A stretch of 64,000 nt of DNA, from IMG/VR virus record IMGVR_UViG_3300031994_000004; one strand, 5' to 3'. Shown in pieces: positions 9,765-19,411 of the stretch. The notes beneath the pieces were generated by a model that saw nothing but the letters and a program-made list of their open reading frames with translations, was not told the DNA's origin and did not search any database. Positions within the stretch are counted from its first letter, which is position 1. Every line of letters starts with the position of its first letter. Source of the stretch: a virus. Its lineage: Duplodnaviria > Caudoviricetes. Both the position numbers and the translations under genes were made by a program.

Positions 9765-12700
9765 ATGGCTGATGAAGTAAAGAATGGTTTAAGTGCCGAT
9801 TCAAGTAGAATAGCAAGTAAATGGAATAGAAATACTGTAGCAGATGGTTCTTGGTTACAGAAATATACATTAAATCCATTAACTGCTAGAGACTACTATT
9901 TAGCAAGTGCTATTGATGCGTTAGGTAGTGCTACTGACGATACAACATCAGCATTGAGTGCGGCTATATCGTCTGTAAGCTCAATACACGATGAATATAT
10001 CAATTATTTGTCTGCTACAATTAGTGGTGATATCAGTGGCTACATTAATTATGTTTCAGGTAGTGTAACTGCTTTAAGTGGTGATTTAAAAACTTCAGCT
10101 GATGAATTATTGCGTTTAATTGATGAAGAACATGGTAGAGCGGATGATGCAGAAACAAAAATCAATAATAGACTTGACAATATGGAAGCCGCAACTGATG
10201 TTATAAACGTATATGGTTCGTGGGATGATTTCACAGATAATTCAGGTGATTTGTTCACATTATCTGGTATTACAGATAATGATATAATTAAAATTTTAAA
10301 TGATAAAAATAGTTATCCAAATGAAATGTTCCCAGGTGTACAACCAGTAGCAAGTGGACATCAAACATATTTCAGATGGATAAACTCAGCAATTCCGAAG
10401 TCTGCTCATATTAAACCATTAGACCCAACATCAGGTTATTGGAATTTTATTGGTTATGTGGACCCTTATTATACTACAACAGAAATTGACGAATACTTAA
10501 ATGAATTATCAGCAACAGTATCCGATAATTATTTGTCAGCAAATGAAAATGCAGTTAGTGCTGGAAAAAATATACAAATTATTTACGATGAAAATAAGCC
10601 AAAAATTACTATTAACACAAAAGATGATGTAGAATTTAATAATGTAAGCTCTAAAAATGTTTCATCAACAAATGTAACGGCATTAACTGCACAAGGTAAC
10701 AGTGCTAATTTCACTACCGGTAATTTTACTAATTTGACTTCTACTAATGCTACAGCTACAAACATACAAGGAACACAAGCAAACTATACTAATTTTAGTG
10801 GTTCATATCTTACTGGAGTAAATGGTAATAATACCGTTACTACTACAATTTCAGGTCTTATAAATTCAGCATCTGAGATTGGAACTAAATTAAATATATC
10901 TGATTTTAATAATTGGTCTGGTTCTACAGCTAGTTTGTTCAGTGGAACTTCTAGAAGTGCTAAATCAGCTAATAGTGCTACAAATGCTTATAGTTCTACA
11001 ACTGCTTATGCAGCTCAAAATGTAGGTAATGTTGCTAGTGCAGATTTAATTGGTTCAGCACAAAGTGGTAAAGCCGCATATAATGTATTATCTGCAGCTA
11101 CATTTACAGCAAATGATACAACGGCTAAACTATCGGCTGGGTTTAAACTTATTGCTGGTCAAGGTGTAGACATTCAACATGCCGCTGGTTCTACTGATAT
11201 AACCATAACAGCAGAAGGAACTACATATTCGGAAGGTGATTATATTTCAACAGCAAATAAAACTATTGCTGTAACTAGGGATTTAATTACATCAGCTAAT
11301 GCAGGTTCAGCCGCTAGTGCTTGGGTAAATTCTCATTCTGCTGGATTGAATATACAAGGCGGATATGGTATATCTACTGGTACAAATGAAAATGGAAATT
11401 TAGTAATTAACATACGAAACAATGGTTGTGATTATGCTGCCTATGGTTTAGCTTTAGGTAAGAATAGTAGTGCTATAGGTGCAGCAAATGGACCTAATGC
11501 TTTTGCATTCGGTGATTATTGTTATGCTCACGGGGCAAATGCTTTTGCTGCTGGATGTCATTCAACTGCTGGTAAATTTGCAGTTGCTATGGGTTGGAAT
11601 AATGTTGCTACTGGTGATTACTCATTAGCATTAGGTTATAATTCAACTGCTGAAAGAGCTTATACAGTCGCTATAGGTCGTGGTTTAAGTGGTACTGCAC
11701 AAACAACATTAGGAAAATTTAACGAATCAGTTAATGGTGCTCAGCTAATTGTTGGTGATGGGCAAGACCAAGGACATGATGTTACTGCAAGAAAAAACAT
11801 TTTAGTAATTAAAGACGATAAAGTAAGTGCTGCTGACTTCAGTGCTGGTAATGTAAGTCTTTCTTCATTAACTAATTTTTCCGCATTTGGTAATGGTATT
11901 ACAAATACAGCAACATTTAATTTGTCTGCAGTAAAATTGAGTGCTGGCCAAGGTATTGGTTTCAAGAATGATACTAATGGTGTATTATCTATTAGTGCTG
12001 AAGGTAGAGCTTATACAGGCGAAAACTATGTAAAAGTTGATAACACAACTAAAAAGATTAGTTTGTCAGGTGATTTAGTAAATTCTGCTCAATCAGGACA
12101 AAGTGCTTATAATTGGATAACAACAAAGAGTGCTACATTATCTGCTGGCCAAGGTATAAAATTTACATCAGCAGCCACAAACACTTTAGGTATTGGACTA
12201 GATACAGATAATTTTTCAGCATCAAACATTAGTGCATTAAATTTCTATATTCCTAGTGCCAATGATGGTGCAAGATCTGTTTCCGAAATATCTTCTAATT
12301 CTACTGGTGTCTCAGCACACATAGTAGAAGAGATGGTTAATAAAGTTGTTACAGCATCTTGGCGTTCAATTATTGATGCCGCAAATGCTGCTAATAAATA
12401 TGTACCATTAACTGCTGAAAAATGTACCATTGGTGATGACAATAATGCTTATGATAATTCTTTGGCACAAGGTTCTAATAATACAGCAGAAAATCAATCA
12501 TTAGCACAAGGTTGTTTAAATGAAGCACATAGTAATTCATTAGCACAAGGTTCTAATAATAGTGCAAATTCATGTTCATTTGCACAAGGTTATTATAATA
12601 GTGCTGCAAGTTATTCTCTTGCATTTGGCACACATTCACAAGCATATCAAGGTGGTTTTGCATTTTCTCCTTATTTATGGGGTACACAAACTAAACCTTC

Positions 12701-13598
12701 ATTAGCCAGTGGTAACTCATTTGCTTTTGGTAATGGTTGTACTGCTGAAATTAATTCTTTTGCTATGGGTTCTAATTGTTCAGCTATTACTGGTGGTTTT
12801 GCTTATGGAACTGATTGTACCGCCGCATCAAATAGTATTGCTATGGGTGTAGGTATGGTATCAAAAGCAAAACAAATTTCTTTAGGTTACTATGGTTTAA
12901 TACAATCAGGAGCAACTAATAATGTAGTTTTCCATGTTGGTTATGGGTTAGGTCCAGAAGACGAAAATAGAAGAGATGTTTTTAGAGTAACAAGTGCAGG
13001 TGCTATTGCTAGTTTTAATGCCGGTTATGCTAATCCACAACCAGCTGAAGTTCTATTAACTAATGAATTTTTCCAAGCACCTAGACAATTTGGTAGAAGA
13101 ATACCAATGCGTTTATCACAAGGTCTTGAAATGGGAAATGGTTTGAATCTTAATATCAAAACTTATCCTGCTGCTTTTACTGCTACACATAATATAATCT
13201 TTGGTGATGATGCCGAAGGATATTGTTTTAATATGTGGATTCCTGATACAACTGCATCACAAGAATTTACATTAACAAAAGCTGCTTCTATACATCGTGG
13301 TGTATATAGATTATCTATCGGTGTTGATAAAAATTATTCTATTATATTTAAAAACTTTGAACCAAATACAGGTAGTCAATCAAACCATACTGTAATTAAA
13401 ACGGGTACAAATGTTACTGGTTCTTGGCCTAATGGTGGTACTAATGCTACTTATGATTATTCATCATTTTTCTTGGATAAAGAACAAGCAACATCAAATA
13501 CATACTTTAATTTTCCAGCTATACCTTGCGATGATGTTATAACATTTATTGTTGATGGTGCAACAAAACAATTTATTATGATTAAAGGGCACAGCTAA
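9765..13598 (+). CDS. Long tail fibre / adhesin with YadA-head-like repeats
   Basis: 1277 aa; 13-14-aa repeats (SLAQGSNNTAENQ, AFAFGDYCYAHGAN, SLALGYNSTAER) typical of trimeric beta-roll heads; LSAGQGI repeats. Confidence 0.7.
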   Translation: MADEVKNGLSADSSRIASKWNRNTVADGSWLQKYTLNPLTARDYYLASAIDALGSATDDTTSALSAAISSVSSIHDEYINYLSATISGDISGYINYVSGSVTALSGDLKTSADELLRLIDEEHGRADDAETKINNRLDNMEAATDVINVYGSWDDFTDNSGDLFTLSGITDNDIIKILNDKNSYPNEMFPGVQPVASGHQTYFRWINSAIPKSAHIKPLDPTSGYWNFIGYVDPYYTTTEIDEYLNELSATVSDNYLSANENAVSAGKNIQIIYDENKPKITINTKDDVEFNNVSSKNVSSTNVTALTAQGNSANFTTGNFTNLTSTNATATNIQGTQANYTNFSGSYLTGVNGNNTVTTTISGLINSASEIGTKLNISDFNNWSGSTASLFSGTSRSAKSANSATNAYSSTTAYAAQNVGNVASADLIGSAQSGKAAYNVLSAATFTANDTTAKLSAGFKLIAGQGVDIQHAAGSTDITITAEGTTYSEGDYISTANKTIAVTRDLITSANAGSAASAWVNSHSAGLNIQGGYGISTGTNENGNLVINIRNNGCDYAAYGLALGKNSSAIGAANGPNAFAFGDYCYAHGANAFAAGCHSTAGKFAVAMGWNNVATGDYSLALGYNSTAERAYTVAIGRGLSGTAQTTLGKFNESVNGAQLIVGDGQDQGHDVTARKNILVIKDDKVSAADFSAGNVSLSSLTNFSAFGNGITNTATFNLSAVKLSAGQGIGFKNDTNGVLSISAEGRAYTGENYVKVDNTTKKISLSGDLVNSAQSGQSAYNWITTKSATLSAGQGIKFTSAATNTLGIGLDTDNFSASNISALNFYIPSANDGARSVSEISSNSTGVSAHIVEEMVNKVVTASWRSIIDAANAANKYVPLTAEKCTIGDDNNAYDNSLAQGSNNTAENQSLAQGCLNEAHSNSLAQGSNNSANSCSFAQGYYNSAASYSLAFGTHSQAYQGGFAFSPYLWGTQTKPSLASGNSFAFGNGCTAEINSFAMGSNCSAITGGFAYGTDCTAASNSIAMGVGMVSKAKQISLGYYGLIQSGATNNVVFHVGYGLGPEDENRRDVFRVTSAGAIASFNAGYANPQPAEVLLTNEFFQAPRQFGRRIPMRLSQGLEMGNGLNLNIKTYPAAFTATHNIIFGDDAEGYCFNMWIPDTTASQEFTLTKAASIHRGVYRLSIGVDKNYSIIFKNFEPNTGSQSNHTVIKTGTNVTGSWPNGGTNATYDYSSFFLDKEQATSNTYFNFPAIPCDDVITFIVDGATKQFIMIKGHS

Positions 13599-14439
13599 TC
13601 AAATTACCACTGCAAGGACTAAAAGTTAATTCACTAAATTTAACTTGTCCGTTAATTGAATACAAATCAACACGAACAAATTTAAAATCCGAAGCCAATT
13701 TCTTAACGATTGGCTTCATTTTTTTATATGTTTCTTTTTCTTTACTTAATAACTTGAATCGCATTGGTTTAATTCCAATGTACATATCAGTATTTTCACA
13801 ACTAGAATCTGTAAAACAAATAAATTCTTCCAAGTTCTTACCTAATTTCCTACTTAATTGAATATATTTGATTTCACCATTCTCACACCAAAATTGCCAA
13901 TCTAACAATTTACCTAAATCTGGTTGTACAATAATTCCACGATTTATATTTTCATACTGCCATTCAAATCCACAAATATAAGCATAATTCAAATTTAACC
14001 ATTCATTCAACTTTGAAATTAGGTAACTTGGGTCATTTCCTTTTTTCTTTTCAAATCGCATATTCCAACCAGACCCGTGATTACATCTAAAAAACCATTT
14101 ACCATCTGGCAAATGATTAAACATATCCAAAGTGAATTCTGTGTTTATGAAAATATAAGCTGGTTGAATAAGTATATTTTTTAGTTCAGTGTTTAATGCG
14201 ATTTGATTATGAGCAGCTATTTTATCTGCCCATATTGCTTTTCTTTCGTCTTTATCGTAAATCTTACACCAGTTTATTCTATCTACAATGTTCTGTGGAT
14301 TTTCCAGATTCACGCTTGGAACATTCTTTTTAGTCCACTCAATCGCATACTGCATTTTATCTTCGGCAAATCTACAGTTGTTATAATCTGTATGATGTAA
14401 TCCTTTGAGCCATTCTTGTCTGTATTCTTCTTCGGTCAT
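13582..14439 (-). CDS. TupA-like ATP-grasp protein
   Basis: ADK, CNHGSGWN and FKFVRVDLY..GQVKFSELTFSPCSG motifs. Confidence 0.8.
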   Translation of the reverse strand: MTEEEYRQEWLKGLHHTDYNNCRFAEDKMQYAIEWTKKNVPSVNLENPQNIVDRINWCKIYDKDERKAIWADKIAAHNQIALNTELKNILIQPAYIFINTEFTLDMFNHLPDGKWFFRCNHGSGWNMRFEKKKGNDPSYLISKLNEWLNLNYAYICGFEWQYENINRGIIVQPDLGKLLDWQFWCENGEIKYIQLSRKLGKNLEEFICFTDSSCENTDMYIGIKPMRFKLLSKEKETYKKMKPIVKKLASDFKFVRVDLYSINGQVKFSELTFSPCSGNLISCAL

Positions 14440-14702
14440 GTAAAATCCTTTTCAGATTTATATAATCTATAATTCAGATTTCTATATTTGAATTCTAAAG
14501 ATAACATGTTAAAAATTTGTCTTAATTTTTTAATACTATTTATAGGTGTACTCATAAAAGGTTGTGTATAAACAATATAATTATTTTTATTTTGTTCAAT
14601 AAATCCAACTATTTCAAATTTGAAATTTTCATACAAAATTTCATTCTTTTTTATTTTAAAATTAAATTCATGACACAAGTTTAACAATTTATCGTATCTC
14701 AT
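14436..14702 (-). CDS. DF-tail family small protein
   Basis: Ends YKSEKDFT; coupled tandem array. Confidence 0.65.
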   Translation of the reverse strand: MRYDKLLNLCHEFNFKIKKNEILYENFKFEIVGFIEQNKNNYIVYTQPFMSTPINSIKKLRQIFNMLSLEFKYRNLNYRLYKSEKDFT

Positions 14703-15019
14703 ACAAAATCCTGAGATATATTATTTAGTATAATCTCTTGGTTATATTCTTTTATACCATGTTCAACAATTTGTTCTAATAATTTGTGAGTATATATTGA
14801 AGAAGAAGTATTTTCAGTTAAAAAGTATAACAAATTAACATCTATATTTTTTCTAATTATTATATCTATTATATGATTAACATTTTCAATAGCAAATCTA
14901 CTGTTTATATCTTTGTTACAGTTACATATTTTATTTACCAAATTTGTTAAAACTATACGATACTTATTAAAAATTATGATTTTATCTTTCCTATAATAAT
15001 CTTTATATTTTTCAAGCAT
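14699..15019 (-). CDS. DF-tail family small protein
   Basis: Ends NNISQDFV. Confidence 0.65.
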   Translation of the reverse strand: MLEKYKDYYRKDKIIIFNKYRIVLTNLVNKICNCNKDINSRFAIENVNHIIDIIIRKNIDVNLLYFLTENTSSSIYTHKLLEQIVEHGIKEYNQEIILNNISQDFV

Positions 15020-15329
15020 CAAAGTCTCCTTCCATCTTTTTAAGTCTATCCAACATTTTTCGGTATTTTATTTTTGGCAAAAAATCAGTATCCATTACTT
15101 CACACGCTTCTTCGTAAGTTTCTATTATTAGAACTTTAGTGAAGAATCTAAGCGAAATCCAAGTTAGTTTAGTTTCAAATACAGTACAATTACAAATAGC
15201 AATGGCTGTATTCAGTGTAGGTTCGTATATTTTTGAAGGAAGATAAAAATAATTGTTGCTGTAATCTATACCCATTTCAACATTTAAATTATACTTTTCC
15301 TTAAATTTCTTAAATTCTTCAGGTGTCAT
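15012..15329 (-). CDS. DF-tail family small protein
   Basis: Ends KKMEGDFDA. Confidence 0.7.
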   Translation of the reverse strand: MTPEEFKKFKEKYNLNVEMGIDYSNNYFYLPSKIYEPTLNTAIAICNCTVFETKLTWISLRFFTKVLIIETYEEACEVMDTDFLPKIKYRKMLDRLKKMEGDFDA

Positions 15330-15610
15330 TAGAAATCTTTATCCAAACTTTTAATTCGTTCTCGTTGTATATTTTCTTTAAGTTGTTTGATTTTGTTTGA
15401 CAAGCGTTCTTGTAAATCTTCTTCTTTAATGTGATTAAGAGTTTCACCTGTAAATGGATATAACCACAAAATACTTCTGTTAATCTTTTTTGTCAATAGG
15501 ATGTTCCCTATTGCTACTTTATTTTTGAAAACTAAAATATATCCATTATTACAAGGTGTGCGACCTAAACCATATTCGCAGACAATTCTATCAAAATCGG
15601 TATATGTCAT
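15329..15610 (-). CDS. DF-tail family small protein
   Basis: Ends KSLDKDF. Confidence 0.7.
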   Translation of the reverse strand: MTYTDFDRIVCEYGLGRTPCNNGYILVFKNKVAIGNILLTKKINRSILWLYPFTGETLNHIKEEDLQERLSNKIKQLKENIQRERIKSLDKDF

Positions 15611-15876
15611 TTAAAATCTTCCTTAATGTCTTCTAGTTTGTTTTCCAGTTGAGTTTTCTTATATCTTTCAATGAAGTGCTCAAGTTTCAAAGTGAAAGCT
15701 ATAACATTATCATAAGCATCACATGCACTGAAAAATACAGTGCAACTTTTCATATCATTATTCATCCAATAATTTGCTACATTATTTTGTCTATAATAGA
15801 TACTTCCGTTGTCACACACAAAGCCATATTCATTACAAATTTCTATCATTTTTTCAATAGTCAAAGACAAATTCAT
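15607..15876 (-). CDS. DF-tail family small protein
   Basis: Ends EDIKEDFK. Confidence 0.7.
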   Translation of the reverse strand: MNLSLTIEKMIEICNEYGFVCDNGSIYYRQNNVANYWMNNDMKSCTVFFSACDAYDNVIAFTLKLEHFIERYKKTQLENKLEDIKEDFK

Positions 15877-16184
15877 TGGAAATCCTTTTCTATGTTGTTG
15901 AGTTTACGCTTCATTTTAAATGCTTTTTCTTTTTGCATAAGTTCATTTACATAGAAATCATAATCTTCTTTTGTGAGATTAAGTGCGATTTGTTTGGGTA
16001 CAACTATTCTGGCGTGAGGAGCATCTTCTTTATCAACAAATTCAGTTTCGCACCAACCAGCACTTATCTGGTTCATAATTTCGTCAATCCACAAAACATA
16101 TTCGTGTGGTGTGTACTTTAGCCAGGAACTAACATTCAAATCTCGCCAAGTCTTTCTTGCCATTTCATAATCATATACTTCCAT
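15873..16184 (-). CDS. DF-tail family small protein
   Basis: Starts MEVYDYE at a TAATG overlap; ends NNIEKDFQ. Confidence 0.7.
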   Translation of the reverse strand: MEVYDYEMARKTWRDLNVSSWLKYTPHEYVLWIDEIMNQISAGWCETEFVDKEDAPHARIVVPKQIALNLTKEDYDFYVNELMQKEKAFKMKRKLNNIEKDFQ

Positions 16185-16429
16185 TAGAAATCCTCGCCCA
16201 TTTTCTGTAATCGTTTTCTTTCTTTGAAATACTTGTTGTATGCTTCGCACCATCTGTCAAACAATGCTCGGCTGGCTAAATCTTCATTTTCGTACATATC
16301 AAGATAATACCCGCCCTGGTGCATCTGGTGGTATAAGTAGTACCTCTCACAAAGTTCTAAAATTGTTTTTCCAGATACAACAGCGTCAATACAATTTCTG
16401 CTATCAGTAAAAATCTTTAGACTATACAT
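16184..16429 (-). CDS. DF-tail family small protein
   Basis: Ends QKMGEDF. Confidence 0.7.
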   Translation of the reverse strand: MYSLKIFTDSRNCIDAVVSGKTILELCERYYLYHQMHQGGYYLDMYENEDLASRALFDRWCEAYNKYFKERKRLQKMGEDF

Positions 16430-16695
16430 TAGAAATCTTCCTTTAATTTTTTGAGTTTATCTTGCTCTTGTTTGTATCTTAAAATTGCTCTGTAATTCCT
16501 ACCATTCTCTCTTAATTCTTCAATCGTAAATTCTTTTGCAGGAATACCAGCCGTAACGGCTTGAAGTTCTCTAGTTCTTAAATCGGAAGTCCAATATGCT
16601 AATGAACCTTCATCATACCAACTGTAGATGGTTTCATCTGAATCCATAGAGTTATTAGTTTCTATCCAAAATTGTTTATATTCCTCAAAAGTCAT
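16429..16695 (-). CDS. DF-tail family small protein
   Basis: Starts MTFEEYKQ; ends KKLKEDF. Confidence 0.7.
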   Translation of the reverse strand: MTFEEYKQFWIETNNSMDSDETIYSWYDEGSLAYWTSDLRTRELQAVTAGIPAKEFTIEELRENGRNYRAILRYKQEQDKLKKLKEDF

Positions 16696-16876
16696 TTTCA
16701 ATGTCCATAAGTTTAAGTTTTTCTTTAATCTCTTTAATTTCTTGCTCAATTTCAATTCGTTCTTCAGTTTTCATAGTTTCTCTAGCCATAGCACCAGTTA
16801 AGAAATCTCTGTATTCCAATCTGAGATTGAGTGTTTCCAATCGTATTTGTAAAAGCTGTGCTAAAAAACTATCCAT
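16685..16876 (-). CDS. DF-tail family small protein
   Basis: Ends MDIENDF. Confidence 0.7.
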   Translation of the reverse strand: MDSFLAQLLQIRLETLNLRLEYRDFLTGAMARETMKTEERIEIEQEIKEIKEKLKLMDIENDF

Positions 16877-17091
16877 TAAAAATCCTGTTCAATACTATGT
16901 CTTTTAAGTTGTTCTTTAATTTGTTTTAATTCTTTCTCAAGTTCTATTTGCTTTTCTGCTGGTAATTTGTTTTTACCTTTTTGTTTAGCCGACTGGGCAA
17001 GTACAAATTCAATATGTCGGATTCTATCTTCATAAAGCCATTTGATAAAATCGTAACTATCCATACTTGGACTTGTATCTACTTCAAACAT
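16876..17091 (-). CDS. DF-tail family small protein
   Basis: Ends HSIEQDF. Confidence 0.7.
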   Translation of the reverse strand: MFEVDTSPSMDSYDFIKWLYEDRIRHIEFVLAQSAKQKGKNKLPAEKQIELEKELKQIKEQLKRHSIEQDF

Positions 17092-17357
17092 TAAAAATCC
17101 TCTTGTAATTTATCCAATCTTCGTTTTTGTTCGTAAAATTTTCTATTTAATGTAGAATTAGAATGTAGCAAATTTCGTGCTTCTTCAGCAGTCATATCTT
17201 TCCAGGCTTTTGTATGCTTAGTCCAAACATATTCTTTAAGTTGTTCATTGTACTTGAAAGTTGAAGGTACTAAATCCATAGATGCTAAAATTTGTTCGTA
17301 TGAATAACCTTCAGTACCATTTGGAAAGAAAATTTTAATATGTTCACTATAAGTCAT
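17091..17357 (-). CDS. DF-tail family small protein
   Basis: Ends DKLQEDF. Confidence 0.7.
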   Translation of the reverse strand: MTYSEHIKIFFPNGTEGYSYEQILASMDLVPSTFKYNEQLKEYVWTKHTKAWKDMTAEEARNLLHSNSTLNRKFYEQKRRLDKLQEDF

Positions 17358-17563
17358 TAGAAATCCTTTTCCATTTTAATCAGTTTCAATTTCATTTCAA
17401 TTTCTTTCTTGCGGAGTTCCATTTCGTGAAAATATGGTTTTGCTCGTTCTGATTGTTTTAAGCAGGACATATTCATATCAAGAAAGAAAAGTTCTTCTTC
17501 AAGTTCATCTTCAAGAGTTTGTGGTTGTTCAACCCAAGTTATTTGTGGTCCTTTGTCTTCCAT
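17357..17563 (-). CDS. DF-tail family small protein
   Basis: Ends IKMEKDF. Confidence 0.7.
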   Translation of the reverse strand: MEDKGPQITWVEQPQTLEDELEEELFFLDMNMSCLKQSERAKPYFHEMELRKKEIEMKLKLIKMEKDF

Positions 17564-17739
17564 TAGAAATCCTGCTCCATTTCGTATTTTCTAAGTTCTT
17601 CTTTTTCTTGCTTAATTTGAAGTTCAATTTTAGATTTTTCTTCTGGAGAAAATGTTAGTGATAACTGTAAATACAATCTTCTAATCTCCAGTTTACAGCA
17701 TCGTATCATAAATTCTCTAATTTCTTCATTAGAAGTCAT
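17563..17739 (-). CDS. DF-tail family small protein (58 aa, not in the ORF track)
   Basis: Manual translation MTSNEEIREFMIRCCKLEIRRLYLQ...KYEMEQDF; fills the gap in the array. Confidence 0.7.
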   Translation of the reverse strand: MTSNEEIREFMIRCCKLEIRRLYLQLSLTFSPEEKSKIELQIKQEKEELRKYEMEQDF

Positions 17740-17926
17740 TATTTATTTTCGTTAGTTTAAGTTGAAGTTTCAAATGTTTAATTTCTGCCTCAATAGTTGC
17801 AACTTCGGCAGTTGTCAATTTTTCATCTTCATATACTGGGTATTTACTGCGGTCTAATTTTAGTCGCAAATCTCTTATTCTATTTTCAAGTAAGCCAATT
17901 AAAAATTCATTATATTCATCTTCCAT
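17729..17926 (-). CDS. DF-tail family small protein
   Basis: Starts MEDEYNE; ends TKINNDF. Confidence 0.7.
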   Translation of the reverse strand: MEDEYNEFLIGLLENRIRDLRLKLDRSKYPVYEDEKLTTAEVATIEAEIKHLKLQLKLTKINNDF

Positions 17927-17994
17927 ATAATAAAAATAAAAAAAGACCACATATTTGACAATATGCGGTCATAATAAAGTGTTTAAGTTAGAAC

Positions 17995-18513
17995 TTAGAA
18001 TTCGCTCTTGAACATATAGAGCATAAAGACACCAGGAATTTCATCTGGAACTTGCTCAATATGTGCCCAAGTATAGATAGTAACTTCGCGGGCCTGGTTC
18101 AAATAATTTCTGTTAAATTCATTCGCACCACTAACGAGCTTCAATGTTTCAGCAAACTGTTCCTGCAACTTCTTCATATCGTTCTGGTATTCAACGATTT
18201 GTTCAGTTATCGTAGGATTCTTATTTGCGTCTAACTTGATTTCGCCTTGTTCATCACGATCTGCGTATTTGACTACCAATTCATTTGCCTTCTGCTTGTA
18301 TTCAGCAAACTTTGGGTCTGTATCTGGGTTATACATTCCAGCAGCAATATCCTGATAGACTTTTTCAAGTGACTTAATGGTCTTCAATGCTGCGTATGTC
18401 AATTCAGCATCAATACCATTCCCACTAATGTACTTATTCAAAATTTCAAAGTACTGCTTGATTTCCAACTGAGTAAGTTGAACCTTCTTTTCTACAATGT
18501 TGTTCTTATGCAT
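17995..18513 (-). CDS. Hypothetical protein
   Basis: 172-aa ORF, helical. Confidence 0.7.
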   Translation of the reverse strand: MHKNNIVEKKVQLTQLEIKQYFEILNKYISGNGIDAELTYAALKTIKSLEKVYQDIAAGMYNPDTDPKFAEYKQKANELVVKYADRDEQGEIKLDANKNPTITEQIVEYQNDMKKLQEQFAETLKLVSGANEFNRNYLNQAREVTIYTWAHIEQVPDEIPGVFMLYMFKSEF

Positions 18514-18514
18514 C

Positions 18515-19411
18515 TTATTTTTCCTTCTTAATATATGTTATATCCAAAATTCCGCTACAAGGAGTAAATGTAGCTTCACCAAAATAAACTTTACCATTCA
18601 TATAGTACATATCGCATCTGACAAACTTAAATTGTTTTGCGATTTTTTCCACATAAGGTATCATTTGTTTTAGAATTTCTTTTTGTTTACTATTTAGATT
18701 AGTTAGGTCGCAATCACCGCCGATAAACCAATCGTTCTGATTACCTTCTTTATCTACAAATGCGATATACTCTTCAAAGTTCTTACCGCATTTTCTAGTT
18801 AAACCAACACCTTCTATCTCGCCATTCTCGCACCAAAAGCTCCAATCCAAAGGCTTGTAAACCATAACTGGCTGAATGATATAACCTGGCTTTATCCACT
18901 TATACTGCATTTCCAAACCTGAAATGTAAGCATAGTTTGTTTGTAACCAGCTATTCATATTATCCATAACCATTTTATGACTGGTTTGGTCTGGGTGATA
19001 CAACAAATTCCAACCACTACCGTGATTACACTTGATTATGTAAGTCCATTCCTTTGGTCTGGTATCAAGTTCAAACAAATAGGATTCATCAAATGTTTCA
19101 CCATAAGTTTTTACTTCGTATGGCAAACAAATCTGATGAAGATACATTTTTTCTAATTCTTCGTAAACACCAACTTTATCACTCCAGCGAGTTTTCAAGT
19201 TAATGTAAGCAATATCTGGGTGTTCTATATCTTCTAGTTTCCAATGACAAATTCTATCTACGATGTTCTGTGGGTTATCTGGGTTAATGTTTGGATGTGC
19301 TTTCTTTATCCACTGACGAGCGAAAGCTCCCTTGTCGGGAGCATATCGGCAATCATCATATTCACTTTTTATTTCGCCACGAAGCCACTTTTCTTTGTAT
19401 TCGTTTATCAT
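18515..19411 (-). CDS. TupA-like ATP-grasp protein (paralog of 13582..14439)
   Basis: NPQNIVDRI, KCNHGSGWN, FKFVRCDMY..GKVYFGEATFTPCSG. Confidence 0.8.
   Translation of the reverse strand: MINEYKEKWLRGEIKSEYDDCRYAPDKGAFARQWIKKAHPNINPDNPQNIVDRICHWKLEDIEHPDIAYINLKTRWSDKVGVYEELEKMYLHQICLPYEVKTYGETFDESYLFELDTRPKEWTYIIKCNHGSGWNLLYHPDQTSHKMVMDNMNSWLQTNYAYISGLEMQYKWIKPGYIIQPVMVYKPLDWSFWCENGEIEGVGLTRKCGKNFEEYIAFVDKEGNQNDWFIGGDCDLTNLNSKQKEILKQMIPYVEKIAKQFKFVRCDMYYMNGKVYFGEATFTPCSGILDITYIKKEK

Noticed and set aside
12430-12860. CRISPR array or DGR in the repeated ttagcacaaggtt units
   Set aside because: These are in-frame 39-nt coding repeats (SLAQG) of the adhesin head. No cas or reverse transcriptase gene is present in the window.
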